Shown: piece by piece, positions 48,764 through 59,626 of the stretch | Layout of the letters: every line of letters starts with the position of its first letter | How positions within the stretch are numbered: the stretch's first letter is position 1 | Source: an uncultured Gemmatimonadales bacterium | GTDB taxonomy: Bacteria > Gemmatimonadota > Gemmatimonadetes > Palauibacterales > Palauibacteraceae | NCBI GenBank assembly: GCA_963807645.1 | Contig: CAWECO010000003.1 | Location: 38,005-102,004, forward strand | DNA length: 64,000 bases | Direction of reading: 5' to 3' | Position numbers and translations under genes: made by a program | Notes under the pieces: model-generated | The model's database searches: none | What the model was told of the DNA's origin: nothing | What the model saw: only the letters and a program-made list of their open reading frames with translations

Positions 48764-50147
48764 TCAGAGCCTGATATCGACGTAGACCTCGTCTCGAAGT
48801 TCGTCCAGGAACCGCACGTACCCCTTCTCGTTCAGGAGACTCTCACGAATCTGATCGCGTATGTCCTCGAGCTTCCAGGCGCCCTCGGATTGGTAGCCGG
48901 TGATCCGGACGACAGCGAACACGGGACGCCCCGGCATGAAGCCCTCGGTCTGAAACGGTCCGACCACCGATCCCGGGATGGGGTTCGCGAGAGCCTGCGC
49001 ATAGGCTTCGCCGAACTGGCTTACCTGATCGTATGGAATTTCCGGGAACCGCACCGGCACCTCGCGGACACCGTATTTCTCGGCCATCGCGCGAACGTCG
49101 GCGCCCTCGCGGATCGAATCGGCCACGGCTATGGCCAGCTCGCCGGTGCGTCGAAAGTCCGTCTCGTCGATCAACGGCTGTATCAGAGATGTGCCGGATC
49201 TTGCGCTCGCCACCCCGGACGTTGTCCACCCGGATGATGTGGTAGCCGAACCGCGTGGCCACGGGTCCGACCGGCTGCCCTGTGCGTGCCGCCCAGGCCG
49301 CATCGGCGAACGATGGGACGAGCAGCGACCGCTGGATCCAGCCCAGGTCGCCGCCCTGCTCCCGGTTTGACATGTCCATGGAGTACTGGCGCGCCGCGAT
49401 CTCGAAGTCGAGCCCATCCCGAAGTTCCGTCAGCACCTGCTGCGCGAGCGCGATCGAGCTGTCACGAGCCACTTCTCCGGGGGCTGGCTCGATCACCACT
49501 TGCTCGATCGAGATCGACGCCGGGCGCGTCTGTCCGACCAGGTTTTCTTCGAAATATGCCTGGACTTCCTCGTCCGTAATGGCGACCGGAGGAAGATTGT
49601 CGCGATTCGCCCGTATGAACTCATCGATCATCATCTGGGAACGGACCTGGCCTCGCAGCCACTGCCGATACTGGACCAGGGACCGGCCTGACTTGGTCAC
49701 CGCGTCCTGGAAGTCAGTGGCCGTGGGGAAGGAGTTGCGGATCTCGCGGAACCGGCGGTCCGTCTCGCCATCGAGCTGGTCCGGCGGCACCTGGATGTCC
49801 GTCTCCTTGGCCTTCTGGAGAAGGATGCGCGAGTCGACGAGATTCGTCAGCGTCTCCCGGGCAAGCGTATCGAACTCAGGGGTCCCGACTTCGGGCACTT
49901 CCTCACCCTGGGCTCCAGCCTGGACGATCGATTCGACGATCTCGCTGTAGAGGATCGCCGTGTCGCCAACCACGGCGACGATCCAATCCACCGTCTCAAT
50001 GGAATCCGGGGCGATGCCTCGCCGAACCTGCTCCGAGGGTTCTGCGCCCGTGGGCTCCTGTGCCGCCGCGGGGGATACAGCCGCCCCGATGAGCGCCAGG
50101 ACCAGGGCGAAACCCACAGCGGCGCAGACCTCTCTGGCAAACTTCAT
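48764..50147 (-). CDS. SurA-like periplasmic chaperone / parvulin-type peptidyl-prolyl isomerase, one frame break
   Basis: Signal peptide, a SurA_N-like domain (DWIVAVVGDTAILYSEI..) and a parvulin domain (GGDLGWIQRSLLVPSFADAAW..GYHIIRVDNVR). The C-terminal 140 aa (..LIQPLIDETDF..YVRFLDELRDEVYVDIRL) are in the frame of ORF 48764..49417. The break is near 49190-49200. Confidence 0.8.
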
Positions 50148-51589
50148 CCGACCTCCACCCGCGTGCCTCCATCCTCCGCCTGCGGCGCTTCAGTTGCCGG
50201 GGCCGGGGGTCCGACGCCGGCAGCCCGCAGGTCCTCGGCGTGGCGGGCAGCGCTTCGTACTCCGCTTTCGTCTACCCGCACGGGGAAGACCGGGTCCAAC
50301 ACGACGCGGAATTCACCCAGCCAGGGCAGGGCGCGAGAACGGGCCATCACTCCCTGCAGGAAGTAGTAGCCCTGCTCGCCCACATCGAAGCGGGGATTCG
50401 CGACCAGCTGGCTCGTCAGACCCATACGCGCAGCGATATGGCCCAACTGCTCGGCCAGGGCCTCCGAGAGAGCCTCACGTTCCTCATCGTTCACGACGGC
50501 CCCGGAACGGGTGGCGGCCGTAATCAGGATTTCGTCTCGGGCCAACCGCATGAGATAGTCATACAACTCGTCTTCGGACGCTTCCGCGAAGACCCGTCTC
50601 ATGTCGCCGCGCACCAGGAACAGGCGTCTGATCTCCTCGACCGAAAGATCTCCGCCGTTCCAGGTAACCAGCTTCATTCCATCGGGGATCCGGGTCACGG
50701 CGAGGTCGGGGTCCCGGGCGATCTCGGACACACGACCGACGGCGCCCTGCATCACAGAGCGGCGCGCGTCACCGACCGCGGATTCAAGTACCCGCTTCTG
50801 CCTCTCCTCCTCTCGTTCTTCCAGCACCCGCCGGTACAGCTGGTCGCGGGACGATTCGAAGTCCGGCTCCCGTCTTGCCTCGATGCGGTAGATCAAGACT
50901 TCGTCATCGCCCGCGAATACGGGACTGATTTCGCCCGGCCGCAGCGTAAAGACGACCGAATCAGCGGCGGTCGAGAAATCGTCATGGCCCTGGTACGCGA
51001 GGACCTGCCCCCTCGCCTGAGCCGGTTCGGCGCTTCTCGCCCTCGCCACGGTGACGAAGTCGGCTCCGCCCACGAGCCGCTCACGTATGGCCAGGGCTTC
51101 ATCAATCACGCTATCCCGCACCGTGGCATTCCCATCAGCGGGCACCGGGAGCAAGACCCGCCGCACGTCGAGTCGCGTGTAGGGCTGCCGAAGCTCGAAG
51201 TACTCACGCAACTCTTCCTCTGACGGCTCGATTCCGACCATTACTACGCTGTCGCGGTACCGCATGACGGCGATCGCCGACAAGTGGCGTCCGTCTTCCA
51301 TCAGACGGGTATAGTCCAGGGACCGGGTGGTGTCGGGATCTTCATACAGTGTGGAAAGAACCACGAAATCCGCCCACAGCCGGGCGAACTCGCCGGCCCA
51401 ATAGGGAGTCAGCGACGAATCGGGCATGGGCGAGCTGGCCATCAGCTGGCCCAGCTCCTCCTGGTCCAGGGAGTATCCGGCCGCCGTCGCGGCGGGCCGT
51501 GCATGACTCGTCAGAGCATCCTCAAAGGCCCCGCACCCCGCGACCACGATCGACACGACGAGTGCGGTCATCACCAGAGTTCTGTTCAT
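50144..51589 (-). CDS. lipoprotein, SurA/PpiD-like chaperone with degenerate parvulin domain
   Basis: Lipobox IVVAGC, SurA_N-type helical region and a rotamase-like segment VVFTLRPGEISPVFAGDDEVLIYRIE. ATGA-type overlap with the downstream surA-like gene. Confidence 0.65.
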   Translation of the reverse strand: MNRTLVMTALVVSIVVAGCGAFEDALTSHARPAATAAGYSLDQEELGQLMASSPMPDSSLTPYWAGEFARLWADFVVLSTLYEDPDTTRSLDYTRLMEDGRHLSAIAVMRYRDSVVMVGIEPSEEELREYFELRQPYTRLDVRRVLLPVPADGNATVRDSVIDEALAIRERLVGGADFVTVARARSAEPAQARGQVLAYQGHDDFSTAADSVVFTLRPGEISPVFAGDDEVLIYRIEARREPDFESSRDQLYRRVLEEREEERQKRVLESAVGDARRSVMQGAVGRVSEIARDPDLAVTRIPDGMKLVTWNGGDLSVEEIRRLFLVRGDMRRVFAEASEDELYDYLMRLARDEILITAATRSGAVVNDEEREALSEALAEQLGHIAARMGLTSQLVANPRFDVGEQGYYFLQGVMARSRALPWLGEFRVVLDPVFPVRVDESGVRSAARHAEDLRAAGVGPPAPATEAPQAEDGGTRVEVG

Positions 51590-51640
51590 ATGGATCCAGG
51601 CTGTCCTTGTACGGGATTGACTCGCGTGGCGTCTGCCATC

Positions 51641-54600
51641 TCAGTGGCCGGGGACGCCCTCGAGCAGTTCCAACGCCGCCACCAGGGTCGGAAGCAGAGG
51701 CTCCACCCCGGCGCGGGCAAGCCTTAAGGATAACGGCTGCGTGCGCCGCACTTCAACCGCGATCTGCCGGTCGGTGAGCGCGTCCCTGAGCAGCGCGAGT
51801 CGCGGAACGGCGGCGAGGCCGAAGTTCATTCGCGCATCCGAGTCCGAAACGCGGAGCCATTCCACACCCAGACGCGTGCCCAGCAGGCGCAGGCGGACGG
51901 AAGCGAGGAGCCGGTTCGCGGCGGCCGGAATCGGTCCGAACCGGTCTCGAAGTTCGTCTTCCAGGGCATTCAATTCTGACGTGTGCCCAAGACGCGAAAT
52001 TCGGCGATACAGGTTCATCTTCTGATCGGACCCGGCGATGTACTCGTCGGGCAGGTACGCCTCGCCCTCTACGTTGACCTGCGTCGCGGGAGCGGCGGGT
52101 TCATCTTCCTCCCCGCGCATGCGCCGCACCTGTCTCTCCAAAAGCCTCTGGTAAGTATCGAAGCCCACGGCCTGCGCGAAACCGGACTGGTTCGCGCCAA
52201 GGAGATTCCCCGCGCCCCTGAGCTGCAGATCCTTCAGCGCGACCCGGTAACCAGAGCCGAGTTCCGTATGATGCTCGAGGATTCGCAGCCTTTGGACGGC
52301 CTCCGGCGTCACTCCCTCAGGCACGATCAGGTAGCAGTACGCCCGGTGATGGGAGCGCCCGACCCTGCCCCTGAGCTGATACAGCTGGGCGAGGCCGAAC
52401 CGGTCCGAGCGGTGCACGATCATCGTATTGGCGGTGGGCACGTCCAGTCCGTTTTCGATGATGGACGTCGACACCAGGATGTCGATCTCCCGATCCATAA
52501 GGGCGGCCATGGTCTCTTCAAGGTCGCGCTCGTTCATCCGCCCGTGCGCGACGGCGAGACGGGCCTCCGGAGATAGCCTCCGAATTCTCTGGGCGAGGGC
52601 CTCGATCGTCTCGATGCGGTCGTGCACGAAGAAGACCTGACCCGCACGATCGATCTCTCTTCGGATCGCATCCTGAATCACCGCGTCGCTCCACGGGAGG
52701 ACGTGCGTGATCACGGGCATCCGGTCCCGCGGTGCCGTCTCGATCAACGAGAGGTCTCGAAGGCCGCCGAGCGCCAATTGCAGGGTCCGGGGTATCGGAG
52801 TAGCGGTCAGGGTCAGCACATCGACCGTTCGCTTCAGGTCCTTGAGCCGTTCCTTGTGCCGGACGCCGAAGCGCTGCTCCTCGTCCACCACGAGCAGGCC
52901 CAGGTCCTTGAAGAGGACGTCCGAGGACAAGAGACGATGGGTGCCGATCGCTATGTCTATGCGCCCTTCCACCAGGTCCAGGAGCGCCGATTTTTGCTCG
53001 GCCGCCGTGCGCATCCGCGAAAACGCTGCCACGCGCACGGGGAAGCCTGCCAGTCGCTCGGCGAAGGTGTGGAGGTGCTGCTCGACCAGGATGGTGGTGG
53101 GGGCGAGTACCGCGACCTGTTTTCCATCCTGGACGGCCTTGAAGGCGGCGCGAATCGCGATCTCCGTCTTGCCGTACCCGACGTCTCCGCACACGAGACG
53201 GTCCATGATCGTAGGCGACTCCATGTCGCGCTTCACGTCGAGCCAGGCGGATCGCTGGTCGGGTGTGTCCTCGTACAGAAAGGACGATTCCATTTCGCGC
53301 TGCCAGCGGGTATCCGTGCTGAACCCGAAGCCGTCGGTTACGCTCCGATGGGCATAAAGGTCGAGGAGCTCGGTCGCCATCGCGCGGATCGACTCTTCGG
53401 TGCGGCTCCTGAGCGTCTTCCACTTCTTGCCGCCCAGCTTGTGAACGGCGGGGGGACGGGCCGCGGGGTCGGCGTCCCCGACCCCGGCCCACTTTTCGAT
53501 GAGATCGAGGCGGTAGTGCGGCACCCGAAGGATCTCGCCGTCCGCGTACTCGACCTTGAGCGTCTCCACCGTCTCCTGGCCGACCCGGACACGCTCGAGC
53601 CCGGCGAACCGACCGATCCCGTGATCCAGATGGACGATGTAGTCGCCGGGACTCAGCGAGGCGATGGTTTCGAGCGGGGCGACACCGTGCAGTCTCCGGT
53701 GCCTCCGAACACGCCGCGATCGCGCGAATATCTGATGATCGGTGAGGACCAGCAGCGGGGCCGGCCCGGGAATACGGAAGCCGCCGCTCAGTCCACCGAC
53801 GACCACGTGGATACGAGCGGCGAGTTCTATTCCGCCGGCATCGGAGAGGATCTCCTGCATTCGCTCGAGCTGTCCCGAACTGTCGCAGAGGATCAGCGCC
53901 CGATCACCCCGATCCAACGCAACCCTGATCTCGTCTACGAGAAGCCCGATCCGCCTCTCGATGGGTGGGTGGGGGTCGAGTCCGAGACTCACGGTGGCGT
54001 CGCCCGCGGGCGAATCCACATGCACGACCGCCAACTCGTTCATCTGCGCGCTGGCGGCCTCCGGCGGCAACACGAGATCCTCGGCGGGAAGGGCCGCATC
54101 GTCTCCCAGGTCCTCCCGCGCCTGCCGGATCTCCCCCCACAGCTGAGTTCGGCGCAGTTCGTCGCACGCGGCGCCCTCGAACAGGAGCAGCGTGTCCCGC
54201 GGAAGAAGCTCGAGGAGGCTTCTTCGCTCGCTCGATCTGCCCGCGTCTTCGAACAACTCGGGAGACAGCGCGACCGGAAGGACCGTCGCCTCCTCCAGCC
54301 TCTCCGTGGAACGCTGCGACAGGAGATCGAAGCGGCGCAGCGACTCGATTCGCTCGTCCCACAGTTCGATCCGCAGCGGTTCGTCGGTGCCGAAGGGAAA
54401 GACGTCGACGATGCCACCGCGAACCACGTAGTCTCCGAGCTCACGCACACCCGTCGTGGCTTCGAAACCCATCGAATCCAGCCGTTCCGCCAGCTCCGCC
54501 CTCGACAGCCGCTCCCCCGCGCGCAGGGTCATGCCGAAGCCACCGCCGGAACTCACCGGGGAGCGCTCCACCAGTCCGCGCGACGTCGTAACGAGAATTC

Positions 54601-54913
54601 GAGCGTCCCCCTCCAACAGGGCCGAGATGGCTTCGGCCCGGCGACTGGAGATCTCGACGTGGGGGTCGGTCTCCTCGTAGGGAAGGGTCTCGCGCTGCGG
54701 CATGTACCGCGCGACGGCCGAAGTCCCGAGCGTCTCGAGGTCGGCGAACCGCAACTCGGCCTCACCGGGGGTGTCCGCCACGAGGACCACGTGTCTGCCG
54801 GTCTCTCCGTGCAGCGTGGACGCGAGAAGGGAAGGTCCGGCTCCCGGGAGTCCCTTCACCGAGATCCGCTCTCCGGGCTCGGGCCACCGCACGTCCCGGC
54901 GGATGCGAAGCAT
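51641..54913 (-). CDS. mfd: transcription-repair coupling factor Mfd
   Basis: GDYIVHLDHGIGRF, CGDVGYGKTEIAIRAAFKAV, LLVVDEEQRFGV, TLTATPIPRTL, VHGRMNE and QLRGRVGRS. The start is placed at ATG 54913 (MLRIRR..) to avoid overlap with the upstream gene. The ORF is open to 55093. Confidence 0.9.
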   Translation of the reverse strand: MLRIRRDVRWPEPGERISVKGLPGAGPSLLASTLHGETGRHVVLVADTPGEAELRFADLETLGTSAVARYMPQRETLPYEETDPHVEISSRRAEAISALLEGDARILVTTSRGLVERSPVSSGGGFGMTLRAGERLSRAELAERLDSMGFEATTGVRELGDYVVRGGIVDVFPFGTDEPLRIELWDERIESLRRFDLLSQRSTERLEEATVLPVALSPELFEDAGRSSERRSLLELLPRDTLLLFEGAACDELRRTQLWGEIRQAREDLGDDAALPAEDLVLPPEAASAQMNELAVVHVDSPAGDATVSLGLDPHPPIERRIGLLVDEIRVALDRGDRALILCDSSGQLERMQEILSDAGGIELAARIHVVVGGLSGGFRIPGPAPLLVLTDHQIFARSRRVRRHRRLHGVAPLETIASLSPGDYIVHLDHGIGRFAGLERVRVGQETVETLKVEYADGEILRVPHYRLDLIEKWAGVGDADPAARPPAVHKLGGKKWKTLRSRTEESIRAMATELLDLYAHRSVTDGFGFSTDTRWQREMESSFLYEDTPDQRSAWLDVKRDMESPTIMDRLVCGDVGYGKTEIAIRAAFKAVQDGKQVAVLAPTTILVEQHLHTFAERLAGFPVRVAAFSRMRTAAEQKSALLDLVEGRIDIAIGTHRLLSSDVLFKDLGLLVVDEEQRFGVRHKERLKDLKRTVDVLTLTATPIPRTLQLALGGLRDLSLIETAPRDRMPVITHVLPWSDAVIQDAIRREIDRAGQVFFVHDRIETIEALAQRIRRLSPEARLAVAHGRMNERDLEETMAALMDREIDILVSTSIIENGLDVPTANTMIVHRSDRFGLAQLYQLRGRVGRSHHRAYCYLIVPEGVTPEAVQRLRILEHHTELGSGYRVALKDLQLRGAGNLLGANQSGFAQAVGFDTYQRLLERQVRRMRGEEDEPAAPATQVNVEGEAYLPDEYIAGSDQKMNLYRRISRLGHTSELNALEDELRDRFGPIPAAANRLLASVRLRLLGTRLGVEWLRVSDSDARMNFGLAAVPRLALLRDALTDRQIAVEVRRTQPLSLRLARAGVEPLLPTLVAALELLEGVPGH

Positions 54914-54933
54914 GGACTCGAAGCTGGTCGGTA

Positions 54934-56858
54934 TCACGATCGTGATTCCGTTCGAGAGGACCCGCGACGAGACGGGCTGCGTTTGCCCGCCGTGGCGAGC
55001 GCCGCTTCCGCGAGGACCACAGCCAGGGCGAGGCCGGACAGGTAGGGAGAGATCGCTCTTCCACGGCGGCTGCCGTACATCGCGGCCTGCCACTCGGATT
55101 CCGTGCTCGCCACGCGGGCTCCCGGCGAGCCGAGGGCCCGAACGAGCGCGGCGGCGGGTACCGTGGCGAGATCGGACTCCACAGGGGGGACGACGGCCGC
55201 GAGAAGCGACGTCACTCCGTTCTCCTGGAAGATTGTGTGTATCCCCGCCCGCCGGGGCACGTAGGGACTCCCGCCGTCCACTCGAATACGATCTCCGACG
55301 GGATCGGACACCGAGTCGGCTCCGATCGGTAGAGTCGCGGCGACGCCGGCGGGCACAGGGGCGGGCAGACCGCCACCAAGGCCGGTCCAGCGCAACAGAA
55401 CGGCCTCCATCAATGGAACCATGGTCGCCGTCAGGGGCAGCTCGGTGTGCCCCGGAACGAGCGGAGAAGCCATCAGAACGTATCTTCGCCCGCTGACGCT
55501 TCCCGCGACCAGCCAGGCCGAGTTCTCGGCCGTCCGGACGAGCACCGTATCCGCGGCCGCGCCGACGCCGCGTAGTCGGGTTCGGCCTCGAACTCGAATC
55601 GACTCGAGACCCGGAACGTCGGGCGACGACCGGAGGGAGGTACTACCCGGAGCGTTCTCGATATCGATCCTCCAGGGTACGGCGAGGCGTTCGAGGGCCG
55701 CGTTGAAGCGAGCGAGGAGGTCCTCGTCCTCCGGCGGCGTGAGTATCCAGGTGGTTCCCGCATCGACCGGGAGTCGGGTGGACGGCACACCCTCAACGAA
55801 CCACGCGTCTGCACCTCCCGTCTCCGGTCCGAGACGCAACCGTCCGGCCTGATCGAGCGTCTCCAGCGCCCGGGCGACGTAACTGCCCGCCGGGCCTACA
55901 TGCCGAACGACAGGCGGAGCGAAGGTTCGCAGGATGAACGCTCGCCGATCATCGGCCCGGAGACCGGAGGGCGGAATCTCGACCGAAATCGCGTGCTCTC
56001 CCACGCCGGGATCCGGAAGCCGCAGGACGGCCGCCCCACCCGACTCGGCCCGCGCGATCGACGCCGTTTGTCCTCCGACGCTCAGCCGGACTTCGACGGT
56101 GTCCGGCGCGGTGCCGCTTGCCAGGAGGTTCACGTACACGACGCCGTCCCGTCCCGCGCCGGGCGGTTCCGCCTGCACGCTGGCGACGCCGGCGTTTGCC
56201 GAATTCCCCTCGGTCACCAATGCCACCAGCCGCAGATCGGCCGGCACCGCGAGCGGATCGCGCGGGAGGGAAGACGCCTGGAGGTCCGTCATCACCGCCA
56301 CTTCCCTGGGTCGAGCGGTTCCAGGGGGAGGAGGCGGAGCGCCTCGCGAACCGCGGGGCCGAGGTTCGCGGCGGCATCCGTGGCCGGCACCGACGCGATG
56401 GCGTGTGAAGCCGCCTCGGCAGATACCCGGGATGCCAGCGTGGGGCCAACCGCGGGTACGACCCAGAAGCGATCCTCGGCTCGAGCGGCGCGGATGAGGT
56501 CCATCGCCCGTCCGCGCTGCTGATCCAGGAGCGTGGTCCCGTGCGTGACCCGGTTCATGCTCGCCGTGTTGTCAATCACCAGGATCACGTCCGAGGCCTC
56601 GTGATCCGAAACGTCCCCCTTTCCCACCAGCGGACCGGCGGCGGCCACGGCCAGCAAGGCAACCAGCGCCATTCGCGCGGCCAGCAGCAGTCGATCCCGG
56701 AGCTTGAGGGCCCGCGCACTTCGGTCACGAGCCCGACGCAGGTAGCGGATGGCCGGGAAGGCCATTCGGCGCCGGGTTTCCCGGCGAAAGAGGTGCAGGA
56801 CGACTGGAAGTGCCGCGAGGGCCGCCAATCCGAGGGCCCAGGGCGCCAGAAAGCTCAT
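54934..56858 (-). CDS. BatA-domain (N-terminal double-TM) membrane protein, probably one gene split by a frame break near 56305
   Basis: MSFLAPWALGLAALAALPVVLHLFRR..FPAIRYL is the aerotolerance/BatA N-terminal motif. Then a vWA-like VILVIDNTASM, and the second ORF continues ..REVAVMTDLQ.. and ends in a TM helix (ISPYLSGLALAVVLAEAALA). 188 + 455 aa. Confidence 0.65.
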
Positions 56859-57808
56859 CCGAGCCGTGACCGCTTCTCGAGGAACTCGCCGAGCACGACG
56901 CCGAGAGGCGTATCGGTCGTGAACAGGTGGTAGTCCGCTCCCATGCGCTGGCAGTCCAGGCGCCAGGACCGGACCGCCTCATCGACGGCGCGCCGGTACT
57001 CCGGACGCAGTCCAGCCGTATCGGTCCTGATCTCGGTCTCGTCTTCCGGGTCGAAGAACACGGCATCTCCTGCCTGGGGAAGGTCTCGCTCACCCGGGTC
57101 CATGAGATGAAACACCAGCACCTCGTGTCCCCGATGCCGGAGGAAATGGAGGGCTCGCCGAGTCTGATCCGGCTCTACCAGGAGATCCGAAATCAACACG
57201 ACCAGCCCTCTTCTCCTCATACGGAGCGCCACCTCGCGGATCGCGCCACCCGCATCGGTTGTCCCTGATCCGCGCAGATTGGCGAGCGAGCCGAGCAGGG
57301 TTCCGAGATGCCGCCGGGTGCCGCGCGGCCGCATCCGAACCCGGATCCGGTCGTCGAACGCCAACAGCCCTACCGCGTCTCCCTGCCGGAGGAGCAGGTA
57401 GGCCAGCGATGCCGCCAGGACCCGCGCGTACTCCAGTTTGGATAACCATCGCCCGGGGTCTGCTGTCCAGTCCATGGACAGACTGGTGTCGACGGCGAGA
57501 TAGGCCCGGAGGTTGGTTTCCTCCTCGTACTGCTTGACGTAGTAACGGTCGGACCGGGCGTACATCCGCCAATCCAGGTGTCGCAGGTCATCGCCTGGCA
57601 CGTAAGGACGGTTCTCCGCGAATTCCACCGAGAATCCGCGGTGGGGCGATCGATGGAGACCGATCAGGAACCCCTCCACGACGGAACGGGCCACGAATTC
57701 GAGATCGCCGAGCGCCGCGAGATCCGCCGGATTGAGCCGCGCTACGGCTGCCCGGCCGGGGGCCGCACGACGTCTCGAAGGTTCTCTGGTGGAACTTCTC
57801 GCATCCAT
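56855..57808 (-). CDS. DUF58 domain protein (vWA-like, MoxR-system associated family)
   Basis: HRSPHRGFSVEFAENRPYVPGDDLRHLDWRMYARSDRYYVKQYEEETNL..LAVDTSLSM. The start is placed at ATG 57808. The ORF track extends to 58015. Confidence 0.8.
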   Translation of the reverse strand: MDARSSTREPSRRRAAPGRAAVARLNPADLAALGDLEFVARSVVEGFLIGLHRSPHRGFSVEFAENRPYVPGDDLRHLDWRMYARSDRYYVKQYEEETNLRAYLAVDTSLSMDWTADPGRWLSKLEYARVLAASLAYLLLRQGDAVGLLAFDDRIRVRMRPRGTRRHLGTLLGSLANLRGSGTTDAGGAIREVALRMRRRGLVVLISDLLVEPDQTRRALHFLRHRGHEVLVFHLMDPGERDLPQAGDAVFFDPEDETEIRTDTAGLRPEYRRAVDEAVRSWRLDCQRMGADYHLFTTDTPLGVVLGEFLEKRSRLG

Positions 57809-58014
57809 TCCGACTACTCGGGTGTTGTGCACTAGAACGAAGGCGCCGCCTGACGCCGGGGCGTCTCGTAAATGGGTGTGCGCAGAGCCCGCCGCAAGCC
57901 CGCTCCCGGCATGGCTGTGCCGGGGTGGGTTGCACACCGGGCGTGCCGCGTTGTTCCGGCAGGTTTGTCGGCTCCGGCGGTCCGCGGTCCGAATGTCGAG
58001 AAAGGACAGTTTCA

Positions 58015-59517
58015 ATGCTCACGAGTCACTTCACGAAAGTCCTGCCCGTTGCCTTCGCGGCGGTTTTGGTGACGGCGTCCACGGCTTGCGGTCAAACGGC
58101 GACGGCCATCGACCCGGATGCCATCCGGGCCGCCGACCTCATCACGGAGAGCAACCTCCGGCAGCAGTTGGGCGTGATCGCTCACGATTCCATGCGCGGC
58201 CGTGACACACCCAGTCCCGAACTCACGCAGACGGCGCACTACATCGCCCGCCAGTTCGAGTCTTTCGGGCTCGAGCCCGGGGCCGGCGAAAGCTACATCC
58301 AGTCTTATCCGATGACGCGGATTAGTCCGGCGAGTGCGGAGTACCAGGTCCTCAGCGTCTCGGGTCCCGCGGGCCAGGTCGACCTGAAGTATGGATCCGA
58401 CTTCTTCGTGCAGGCCACGGGTGGGAGCGCGGAGGCAGACGGACTCCTCGTGCTCGTCGAGAGTGCCGCGGACATGCCGACCGCGTCGAACCAGATCGCG
58501 CTCCTCCGGGTCACCACGGCGAACATCCGGCAGGTCTTCGGCGGCCGACTGCGTGAGGCGATACGATCCGCGAGCCCGGCCGGCCTCGTGGTGATCATGG
58601 ATGTCCCCAGGGCCCAGTTCGATCGCTTCCGTGGCTTCCTGGGCAGCGAGAGAGTGGTGTACGGCGAGGTCGAGGCCGACGGTGTGCCGGTGGTCTTCGC
58701 GGCCCAGGAGTCGCTTCCCGCCGACCTCTCGGACCAGATCGCCGCCGGAAGCCTCGAGGACGGCTGGACGGCGCGTGTGGCGACGCGGGCGGAGACTGAC
58801 GTGGAGGAGGCGCCCAACACGATCGGTCTTCTCAGGGGGTCTGACCCGGAGCTCCGGGATGAGTACCTCCTGATCACGGCCCACATGGACCACGTGGGCG
58901 TGGGTCGGGCGGTCGACGGCGACTCGATCTACAACGGAGCGGATGACGATGGCTCGGGCACGGTAACCGTCGTCGAGATCGCTCGCGCTTTCGCGAGCCT
59001 CGAGGAGGCGCCCCGACGGTCGATCATCTTCATGACCGTGAGCGGCGAGGAAAAGGGCCTGCTGGGCTCGAGGTACTACGCGGAGAATCCGACGTTTCCA
59101 CTCGAGAACACGGTCGCGAACGTCAACCTGGACATGGTGGGTCGGAACTGGTCGGACACGATCGTCGCGATCGGGAAGGAAGAGTCGACCCTGGGGCCCC
59201 AGGTCGAACGCATATCCGCCGAGCATCCGGACCTCGACATGGCGGTGATCGACGACATCTGGCCGGAAGAGAGCTTCTACTCGAGGTCCGATCACTACAA
59301 CTTCGCGCGGCGGGGCGTGCCGATCCTGTTCTTCTTCAACGGAACGCACGACCAGTACCACCAGCCAGCCGACGAAGTGGAGCTCATCGACTACGACAAG
59401 ATGGCGCGCATCGGACGGTTGGTCTTCTACCTGGGACTCGAGGTGGCGAACCAGGATGAGCGTCCCGCCTGGGATCCTGAAGCCTACGAGAGGGTCGTCG
59501 AAACTCCGAGGACATGA
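58015..59517 (+). CDS. M28-family metallopeptidase with PA domain (secreted/lipoprotein)
   Basis: Signal VLVTASTAC. NTIGLLRGSD..LLITAHMDHVG, NGADDDGSGTVTVVEIARAF, FMTVSGEEKGLLGSRYY and RSDHYNFARRGVPILFF. Confidence 0.85.
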   Translation: MLTSHFTKVLPVAFAAVLVTASTACGQTATAIDPDAIRAADLITESNLRQQLGVIAHDSMRGRDTPSPELTQTAHYIARQFESFGLEPGAGESYIQSYPMTRISPASAEYQVLSVSGPAGQVDLKYGSDFFVQATGGSAEADGLLVLVESAADMPTASNQIALLRVTTANIRQVFGGRLREAIRSASPAGLVVIMDVPRAQFDRFRGFLGSERVVYGEVEADGVPVVFAAQESLPADLSDQIAAGSLEDGWTARVATRAETDVEEAPNTIGLLRGSDPELRDEYLLITAHMDHVGVGRAVDGDSIYNGADDDGSGTVTVVEIARAFASLEEAPRRSIIFMTVSGEEKGLLGSRYYAENPTFPLENTVANVNLDMVGRNWSDTIVAIGKEESTLGPQVERISAEHPDLDMAVIDDIWPEESFYSRSDHYNFARRGVPILFFFNGTHDQYHQPADEVELIDYDKMARIGRLVFYLGLEVANQDERPAWDPEAYERVVETPRT

Positions 59518-59572
59518 GGCCGAGACATTGAACCGCCCCCCTGTGGGGAATAGATTCAAGATGTGACCGAAC

Positions 59573-59593
59573 CCGCCGGCATGCTGCCGGCGG
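59573..59593 (+). terminator. GC-rich stem-loop downstream of the M28 peptidase gene
   Basis: CCGCCGGCA-tgc-TGCCGGCGG is a perfect 9-bp stem, 56 nt after the stop. No U-tract. Confidence 0.35.
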
Positions 59594-59626
59594 CGTTCGG
59601 ATCCTTACCCAGCATGGGACGGTCAA

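Noticed and set aside
52622-55045. 807-aa plus-strand ORF opposite mfd
   Set aside because: No recognisable domains, and the composition is typical of antisense high-GC sequence. The minus strand encodes a complete Mfd with all helicase motifs.
57809-58015. 69-aa N-terminal extension of the DUF58 ORF, and 30-aa extension of the M28 ORF (57925-58014)
   Set aside because: The two extensions overlap each other on opposite strands and have no homology. Internal ATGs (57808, and 58015 with a signal peptide) give a clean divergent intergenic region.
58012-59559. 515-aa minus-strand ORF opposite the M28 peptidase
   Set aside because: Antisense artefact. The plus strand has the full M28 metal-binding motif set and a signal peptide.
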